DNA of 44,589 bases from Chitinophagaceae bacterium (GTDB lineage Bacteria; Bacteroidota; Bacteroidia; Chitinophagales; Chitinophagaceae), in NCBI GenBank assembly GCA_036524255.1, contig DATDCP010000463.1, forward strand, positions 1 through 44,589, in the 5' to 3' direction. Below the pieces are notes generated by a model. It was not told the origin of the DNA and did no database searches. It saw only the letters and a program-made list of their open reading frames with translations. The translations under genes were made by a program, and so were the position numbers. Positions 33,413-39,540 of the stretch are shown here, piece after piece. How positions within the stretch are numbered: the stretch's first letter is position 1; each line of letters starts with the position of its first letter.

Positions 33413-35029
33413 ATGAAAAAGATTTTTACACTTTCCGTTCTTGCCATCTCTGCCACCTTCTTAAATGCGCAGGTAGTACTTAACGAGATCTATACCGATC
33501 CAGGTAATGGCAAAAATGAATTCTTTGAATTCTACAATACAAGTTCAGACCCTGTACCACAAAACATGGACAACTATACCTTGGTAGCTTATTATGAGGA
33601 ACCAGGTAAAACTGGTTTCTACGTATTGGATCTTCCCAATCAAACAGTAGCTTCTAAAGGTTTTTATGTAGGTTCATCTGCAAACCCATTTAAAGTGCAG
33701 GGACAGACAAATGTTGCAGCGGATTTTGTATGGAACGCAATTCCTGCCGGTGGTTACCTGAAAAAATTCGAAAGATCAGGAGCTATTTACACTGAGGTCG
33801 CTGTTCCTGCAAACCTTAATGATCTTTTTGTGGCACGTTCTGGCACGGGTTGCATACAACATATTTTAGTTTTCCAAAATGGATTACTTATTAATGGAAT
33901 TGTTACGGGAACAAATTTTGCCATTTTGCCAACTTATCTTAAAACAATGCCCCCATTGTTTGTAGATATGAGCGGTGCTTCAATAGACTTTACAGTAAAT
34001 TTTAATTCTTTTAATGATAACCAGTTCGAATATGTGAATTCAGCTGCAGGTAATGACAATGGCTATATGCGTCTTAGCGATGGTAAGTGTGGTGTATGGG
34101 CTAAAAGTAGCTCTGCGGTAAATCATACTCCCGGTCAATCAAATGGATCGGCTTCTGGTTCAGCCGGAGATCTTTCGATCAGCAACTACATTACTGAATT
34201 AGAAAGCGATTTTACGAAATCCTTGTTAGTGTATAATGTCACTTCCACAACCTTATCAGCGTTCCCGGTTACAATCCAGGTATATGAAGACTTGGGAATA
34301 ATAGGACAATTGGATGCGGCTGATCTAATAGTCGATTCAAGAGTGCTTTATACTTTAACTGAAGGTGACCAGTTTGTGATCATACCTTCCAGAACTTATC
34401 CGGCAATTATTGTTGCAAGAACTCCTTCGGGATGCTTTGACCAGGTTATTGCAGTACCTAATAGCTTAAAGCTATTGCCTGTTCATCTTATTGCTTTCCA
34501 GGGAAACCTTAATAAGAATAATAAAGTAACTCTTAACTGGACTATTGCTGATAATGAGATCGCCAACAATTTTGAAGTAGAAAGAAGTTTTAACGGAAGA
34601 GACTTTACAACGGTTGGTGTTGTATTCGCTTCTGAAAAAATGGGAACTGAAAACTATATGTTTTATGAAACAACAACTGGTACAGATAAAGTGATGTATC
34701 GTCTTAAAATGATCGATAAACATCATGAAGTTAATTATTCAAGAATACTGATCTTCCAGTTGAAATCTACGACCACTAATAATATCAAGATCATTGGTAA
34801 CCCTGTAAACGATAAACTTACTTTTAGCTACACTTCTGCAGGCACACAAATGGTTGATGTAAAAGTTTACGATATAAGTGGCAGAGTATTATTAAATAAT
34901 AAAGTAAACAGCCTGGAAGGCAGCAACGTGATAAGCTTACCACTAAATTCAACTTTCAAGGCTGGTATGTATGTGGTAGAAGTAAATAACGGAACCGAAC
35001 TTCAATCATCAAAATTTGTAAAGCAATAA
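33413..35029 (+). CDS. T9SS surface protein with lamin-tail-domain (LTD)-like head + shared FN3-like/T9SS tail
   Basis: The signal peptide is followed by VVLNEIYTDPGNGKNEFFEFYNTSSDPVPQNMDNYTLVAYY, an LTD-type pattern. The tail LNWTIADNEIANNFEVERSFNGRDF..YRLKMIDKHHEV.. GNPVNDKLTF..GMYVVEVNNGTELQSSKFVKQ completes the protein. Confidence 0.85.
   Translation: MKKIFTLSVLAISATFLNAQVVLNEIYTDPGNGKNEFFEFYNTSSDPVPQNMDNYTLVAYYEEPGKTGFYVLDLPNQTVASKGFYVGSSANPFKVQGQTNVAADFVWNAIPAGGYLKKFERSGAIYTEVAVPANLNDLFVARSGTGCIQHILVFQNGLLINGIVTGTNFAILPTYLKTMPPLFVDMSGASIDFTVNFNSFNDNQFEYVNSAAGNDNGYMRLSDGKCGVWAKSSSAVNHTPGQSNGSASGSAGDLSISNYITELESDFTKSLLVYNVTSTTLSAFPVTIQVYEDLGIIGQLDAADLIVDSRVLYTLTEGDQFVIIPSRTYPAIIVARTPSGCFDQVIAVPNSLKLLPVHLIAFQGNLNKNNKVTLNWTIADNEIANNFEVERSFNGRDFTTVGVVFASEKMGTENYMFYETTTGTDKVMYRLKMIDKHHEVNYSRILIFQLKSTTTNNIKIIGNPVNDKLTFSYTSAGTQMVDVKVYDISGRVLLNNKVNSLEGSNVISLPLNSTFKAGMYVVEVNNGTELQSSKFVKQ
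34474..35029 (+). repeat. Copy 2 of the 556-bp near-identical direct repeat (partner at 32171..32726)
   Basis: See copy 1. The encoded tails differ at about ten amino-acid positions. Confidence 0.9.
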
Positions 35030-35037
35030 CCTTAATA

Positions 35038-35220
35038 ACAAGCCATCTTCCCGAAATCTGGAGGGAGCAAAGGAAGATAGTACAAGCAATCCTCGTCAAT
35101 CAAAAAGATCTCCTGATACTAGCCAAAGATTCTGACGACCGGTTAAAACCTTAAAGATTTTCATACACTTAGAGTATCAACGGAGACGGGCCCTATTTCT
35201 ATAGGGCCTTTTTATTTTTT
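35038..35220 (+). ncRNA. Conserved structured 3' element, copy B, starting 9 nt after the stop codon and ending in an intrinsic terminator
   Basis: Same helices as copy A. The terminator stem is 35189..35196 with 35201..35208, followed by a T-run to 35220. Confidence 0.45.
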
Positions 35221-35272
35221 ACGTTTAAACACAAAAAAAGACAGTGTATCGTAGTTTTTCATCGCATATTGC

Positions 35273-35469
35273 TTGCTTTCCCAATAAACACGTAGTAGAT
35301 TTGTTAAGAAGATTTCGTCAAATATCCGACGTAAAAACCATCTAAGATAATCCGTACTGATACTCACTCTAGAAACAATTCCTTTTCATTACGGCATTTT
35401 CAGCTGGTGGTTAAGATCAGAGATCATTAGACCTTTTTAATCCGTTTTTGATAATTCAACCCTAAGGAA
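35273..35469 (+). promoter_or_regulatory. Cassette C promoter plus ~165-nt leader
   Basis: TTG at 35273..35275 and TAGATTTG at 35296..35303. AATCCGT at 35349..35355 and 35439..35445. Stem CCGTACTG (35352..35359) with CATTACGG (35387..35394). TTCAACCCTAAGG lies before the ATG. Confidence 0.55.
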
Positions 35470-37089
35470 ATGAAAAAATTTTTTACTCTTTGTGTGCTAA
35501 TATGCATTGTGATCGTATCAAGATCCCAGGCTGTATTAAACGAGGTTTACCCGCAACCTGGAAACGGTTATCATGAATTCTTCGAGCTTTACAACGAATC
35601 TGACACTGCTGAAAATCTAGATAATTATACAGTTGTCATTTATTATGAAGAAGGGACTACATCCGGATTCTATGTACTTGATCTTCCTACCGCATCTGTA
35701 GCAGCACATGGTTATTATGTAGGCGCTTCGCAAACTTCTTTTGATATTCAGGCTCAGCTGGGGCAAACCGCAAATTTCAGTTGGAACTCAATGCCTGCTG
35801 GTGGTTCATTAACGAAATGGCAAAAGAATGGATCTTCTTATACATCAGTTGCAGTACCTGCAAACCTTAATGATCTTTTAGTAAAAATTAATGGTGGTGG
35901 TGGTGGTGTATTTCATGTTTTTGTTTATAAAAATGGAATTATAGTAAATGGTCTCATTGGAGGTATTAGCACAAGCGTTGTACCGGCTTATATAAAAACA
36001 ATGCCGAATTTACCTGTCGATATGAGTGGCAGTTCACCTGACTTTATTATCAACTTCAATACTACCGCTGATAACAGTTTAGAATACCTGACTAATTCCG
36101 TAGGTACAAACAATGGTTACTTCCGCAGTTCTGATGGATTATGTGGTGATTGGTTAAAAAGTGATTCTCCGGGACAACATACACCGGGAGCAACAAATGG
36201 CGCATCACTAAGTTTAATTTCTTCAAACCAATTTTCAATTGGGGCTGTTATATCTGCTTACACCTTTGATCTAAGCAAATCTCTGCTCACTTATAATATA
36301 TCATCAGCTCCTGCAGGTGCCTTTCCTCTTACAGTTGAGATATATGCTGATCTCGGTATTGCGAGTGAATGGGATATAAACGACAGCCTTATTGATTTGA
36401 GAACCATCCTCAGTGCATCTTCCGGTAACCAGGATATAGTATTATCATCATTAAATACTGCTGTAATTGTTGTTGTAAAATCAGCAAATGATTGTTATAA
36501 CAAAAATCTTCCCGTTGCAAGCTATTTGTCAGTATTACCAGTTGAGTTGATCAGCTTCCAGGGCAACATAAACAAAAGCAATAAGGTATCACTTGAATGG
36601 AAAGTGATGAGTAATGAAACAATTGATCGTTTTGAAATACAAAGGAGCTATGATGGGAATGAATTTAAAACAATTGGAATCGTATTTGCAAGCGAGAAAA
36701 AAGATAATGAAGACTACATGTTCTATGAAACGATCAACAGTTTTGATAAAGCAATGTATCGTCTTAAAATGATTGACAAGAACAATAAGGTCACTTACTC
36801 CAAAATATTGGTGTTTCAGTCAAAAGCTGCAACTACCAGCAATATCAAGATCATCGGAAACCCTGTGAATGATAAACTCACCTTCAATTATTCATCTTTT
36901 ACAGAACAGGTAATTAATGTAAAGATTTATGACATGACAGGCAGGGTTATCATGAGCAATAAAATAAATAGCCTTGAAGGAAGTAATACTATATGTTTTC
37001 CTTTGGCCTCAAATTTTAAAACGAATATGTATGTACTAGAAGTAAGTAATGGATCTGATATTCAAACAGCAAAATTCATAAAGCAATAA
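35470..37089 (+). CDS. T9SS surface protein with LTD-like head (diverged paralog) + FN3-like/T9SS tail
   Basis: AVLNEVYPQPGNGYHEFFELYNESDTAENLDNYTVVIYY. The tail is LEWKVMSNETIDRFEIQRSYDGNEF..YRLKMIDKNNKV..GNPVNDKLTF..MYVLEVSNGSDIQTAKFIKQ. Confidence 0.85.
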   Translation: MKKFFTLCVLICIVIVSRSQAVLNEVYPQPGNGYHEFFELYNESDTAENLDNYTVVIYYEEGTTSGFYVLDLPTASVAAHGYYVGASQTSFDIQAQLGQTANFSWNSMPAGGSLTKWQKNGSSYTSVAVPANLNDLLVKINGGGGGVFHVFVYKNGIIVNGLIGGISTSVVPAYIKTMPNLPVDMSGSSPDFIINFNTTADNSLEYLTNSVGTNNGYFRSSDGLCGDWLKSDSPGQHTPGATNGASLSLISSNQFSIGAVISAYTFDLSKSLLTYNISSAPAGAFPLTVEIYADLGIASEWDINDSLIDLRTILSASSGNQDIVLSSLNTAVIVVVKSANDCYNKNLPVASYLSVLPVELISFQGNINKSNKVSLEWKVMSNETIDRFEIQRSYDGNEFKTIGIVFASEKKDNEDYMFYETINSFDKAMYRLKMIDKNNKVTYSKILVFQSKAATTSNIKIIGNPVNDKLTFNYSSFTEQVINVKIYDMTGRVIMSNKINSLEGSNTICFPLASNFKTNMYVLEVSNGSDIQTAKFIKQ

Positions 37090-37099
37090 AAATATTTAA

Positions 37100-37236
37100 G
37101 AGCACATCCGTACCGTCAAACAAAGTCTCCCGATACTAAGCCAAAGAATCTGTAGATTGGTTAAACCCTTGAAGTATTTCATACACTTAGAGTATCAACG
37201 GAGACGGGCCCTATTTCCATAGGGCCTTTTTTATTT
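37100..37236 (+). ncRNA. Conserved structured 3' element, copy C (lacks the first hairpin), ending in an intrinsic terminator
   Basis: Has ATCCGT at 37106..37111 and the long-range helix TCTCC-CGATAC-TAAG with CTTAGAGTATCAACGGAGA. The terminator is GGCCCTAT ttcc ATAGGGCC + T-run, and the T-run overlaps the stop of the convergent wHTH gene. Confidence 0.4.
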
Positions 37237-37518
37237 TTGTGTAAGGTAAGCCTGCAGATTTTTTACATACTCTTCGAATGCTTTGATCCCGATTGACGTT
37301 ATTTTACAAATTGTTTGAGGATAATTGTCTTTAAATTGTTTTATTACCTCGATATAACCTACTTCTTTTAATTTTTGAATTTGCACACTTAGGTTTCCGG
37401 CTGTGGCATTTGTGTTTTCCTTTAAAAAAGTAAACTCTGCTTCTTTTACACTTATAAGAAGTGACATCACAGCCAATCGTAGTTGAGAATGCAATATGGG
37501 ATCAAGATCTTTAAACAT
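37231..37518 (-). CDS. Small winged-helix transcriptional regulator (HTH_34/ArsR-MarR-like)
   Basis: 95 aa. LDPILHSQLRLAVMSLLISVKEAEFTFLKENTNATAGNLSVQIQKLKEVGYIEV is a typical wHTH pattern. It overlaps the upstream gene by 8 nt. Confidence 0.75.
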   Translation of the reverse strand: MFKDLDPILHSQLRLAVMSLLISVKEAEFTFLKENTNATAGNLSVQIQKLKEVGYIEVIKQFKDNYPQTICKITSIGIKAFEEYVKNLQAYLTQK

Positions 37519-38182
37519 TCAATTGGGCTTGTTCCTTTTTATACATTCGATATTCTTTTTCCATAATAACCCCCGGTACCAGCCAGGCAAGTACAGCTGA
37601 TGCTGCAGTTAACAAAAGATCTATTTTGATTGATGTATATATAGCAACAATACAACAGATCCAGCAAAAAATGCCGCCCCACAGCATTGGTTTAAATTTA
37701 CATGCTGCGCCAGTTATAAATGTTGGCATACCATATAGCATTAAAAAAAGCGGACCGACAAATTCATAAAACCCATAAGAAACACCATTACCCGTTGCTG
37801 GTTTATATTGATTGGTCCATGCACCCCATTCATTAAAAATATTATTGCAAATAAGTATCAGTAAAAAAATACAAATCCCAAATCCAAGCCATATATAATC
37901 CAAATATGGATCATCATAAGATTTTACTTTTCGTTCTTTTTTCTCCCTTATACTTATTAATATTTGTGGAATGATGGCTACAAGAGTAAGCAAATAAATA
38001 TCAAATGGAAGTCTGTACGCAAAATGAACCTCTGATAATCTTACCAAAGAACATATTGCGATAACTGCTCCCCACATGATAGCGCCGATACCGGTATCAT
38101 GGTAAGATTCTTTGGCCTTATTGATCATCATCGTGATCAGGTGCAGGCTTTCTTGTTCTGTTAATTTTTTTTCCTGTTCCAT
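37511..38182 (-). CDS. Integral membrane protein, unknown function (paralog of the next gene)
   Basis: N-terminal amphipathic EQESLHLITMMINKAKESY followed by about 5-6 hydrophobic spans. Confidence 0.7.
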   Translation of the reverse strand: MEQEKKLTEQESLHLITMMINKAKESYHDTGIGAIMWGAVIAICSLVRLSEVHFAYRLPFDIYLLTLVAIIPQILISIREKKERKVKSYDDPYLDYIWLGFGICIFLLILICNNIFNEWGAWTNQYKPATGNGVSYGFYEFVGPLFLMLYGMPTFITGAACKFKPMLWGGIFCWICCIVAIYTSIKIDLLLTAASAVLAWLVPGVIMEKEYRMYKKEQAQLNV

Positions 38183-38186
38183 AAAC

Positions 38187-38777
38187 TTATTTGTTTTGGA
38201 GTTTTTCTTTTGCGCTCAATACATGACCGGGGATAATGTAAGATATCAATATAGCCAATGCCATCAACAATAATTGCCAGTCAAACGATACATAGACCCC
38301 AATTACCATAATAGGTAAACATAAAAGTCCCGTCCATTTTAAGAGGGGGAATTGCATTAATGCTCCCATAAAAAAGCAGGTAACTGCATATACAAGTATA
38401 TACAATGGAAACGAAATAGCCCACAAATCATACTTACCGAAGAAAAAAGCGAGCCCGGTATAAAGAATACCCTGGCTAATGCCAAAGACCTTCATGGTTT
38501 CTCCCACAAAAGTTTTTACAGCAATTTTCCTGGAATCCCTTACCCCTTTAATAATACTTGCAATTGCTCCTATCCAAACGAGGTTCCAGGCAAGATAGGG
38601 TTGCTCAAAGTCGGTGAACTTCTTTAGACCGAAATTCAAAAGAGCCGCTATGAAGATCAACCAGCCCCAAAGCAAAAGGTAAAAAGAATTATTTGCTACA
38701 TCCTGTTTTGCTTTTTCAATCATTGATTGAATAAGATGCAAGCTTTGTTCGGCAGAAAATTTTTGGTTGTTTTCCAT
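38187..38777 (-). CDS. Integral membrane protein, unknown function (paralog of the previous gene)
   Basis: N-terminal AEQSLHLIQSMIEKAKQDV followed by about 5 hydrophobic spans. There is a 4-nt gap to the next gene. Confidence 0.7.
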   Translation of the reverse strand: MENNQKFSAEQSLHLIQSMIEKAKQDVANNSFYLLLWGWLIFIAALLNFGLKKFTDFEQPYLAWNLVWIGAIASIIKGVRDSRKIAVKTFVGETMKVFGISQGILYTGLAFFFGKYDLWAISFPLYILVYAVTCFFMGALMQFPLLKWTGLLCLPIMVIGVYVSFDWQLLLMALAILISYIIPGHVLSAKEKLQNK

Positions 38778-38794
38778 AATGGTTAATTATAAAA

Positions 38795-38830
38795 ATGAAA
38801 ACCAAATGCCCTGTTAGAAACAGGGCATTT
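38795..38830 (-). terminator. Probable intrinsic terminator after the 221-aa gene
   Basis: Stem AAATGCCCTG/CAGGGCATTT (10 bp), followed on the minus strand by ggttttcattttt. Confidence 0.55.
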
Positions 38831-38844
38831 AATTATTTAAACAA

Positions 38845-39510
38845 CTATTTATACAGAGATAAGAAATAACCTATTTGATTTTTTCCCCAATTAGGATGAA
38901 TTGAAGTTTCTGGCTTGAATGTTTCAAAAAGTTTCTGTGCTTTTTCAAAAAGTATTTTTGCTTCTTCTTTGCTTCCTCCAAATTGTTCAGGTGTGTAATA
39001 TTTATCTTGTGCCTCTAATAAATATACCCTGGGATTATCAGGATTCATTTTTTTTGCTTCATCCAGCATCATCGTTGCTTCGGGACCGTAAGTCATATAA
39101 CGGTTCGTAGGATCACCTAACATTCTCAATGTTGCGATCATTTTCTTTACAATAAATATTTCAGAGCTTTTCTTCATTAACTCTTCAGCTTTTTTTATTT
39201 GCTTATCTGCTTTATCAGCATAAGGATCTGTTTTATCAGCTTTCGCTGCCATCATATCACTACCGGCGCCAACAATAGTACCAGCACTGGCATTGCAATA
39301 AGCAGCATAATAATAAGCAAGCCCCTGGTTTTTTTCTGCATCTGCAATTCGCTCAAACGCATTTGCTAGTTCGATATAGTCTTCAGCTGTCTGTACGCTA
39401 TCAAGCATAACTATTTTACTCTCCATCGCTTTTACAAACTTGTCTGGCATTTGTGCAAATGAAAAGCTCGCAACAAATATTGCGGATAAAATAAAAATTG
39501 ACTTTTTCAT
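38845..39510 (-). CDS. Secreted all-helical (TPR-like) protein of unknown function
   Basis: Signal peptide MKKSIFILSAIFVASFSFAQ and a helical, Ala/Lys/Glu-rich body. It starts 30 nt downstream of the TonB-dependent receptor gene. Confidence 0.65.
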   Translation of the reverse strand: MKKSIFILSAIFVASFSFAQMPDKFVKAMESKIVMLDSVQTAEDYIELANAFERIADAEKNQGLAYYYAAYCNASAGTIVGAGSDMMAAKADKTDPYADKADKQIKKAEELMKKSSEIFIVKKMIATLRMLGDPTNRYMTYGPEATMMLDEAKKMNPDNPRVYLLEAQDKYYTPEQFGGSKEEAKILFEKAQKLFETFKPETSIHPNWGKNQIGYFLSLYK

Positions 39511-39540
39511 TGTTTATCGTTTTAAGTTTTTGAAATAATA

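Noticed and set aside
32171-35029. A diversity-generating retroelement (template/variable repeat) as the explanation for the near-identical 556-bp repeats.
   Set aside because: There is no reverse transcriptase in the window. The substitutions I could see are of mixed types (transitions and transversions at all four bases), not adenine-specific, and they are spread along the whole repeat.
35893-35908. A (GGT)5 microsatellite in cassette C as a phase-variation switch.
   Set aside because: It is a triplet repeat encoding Gly5, so length changes stay in frame and cannot switch the gene on or off.
30330-39510. The accessory block as a mobile genomic island.
   Set aside because: There is no integrase, transposase, conjugation gene, tRNA boundary or flanking direct repeat within the window. 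The composition looks similar to the flanking housekeeping genes by eye.
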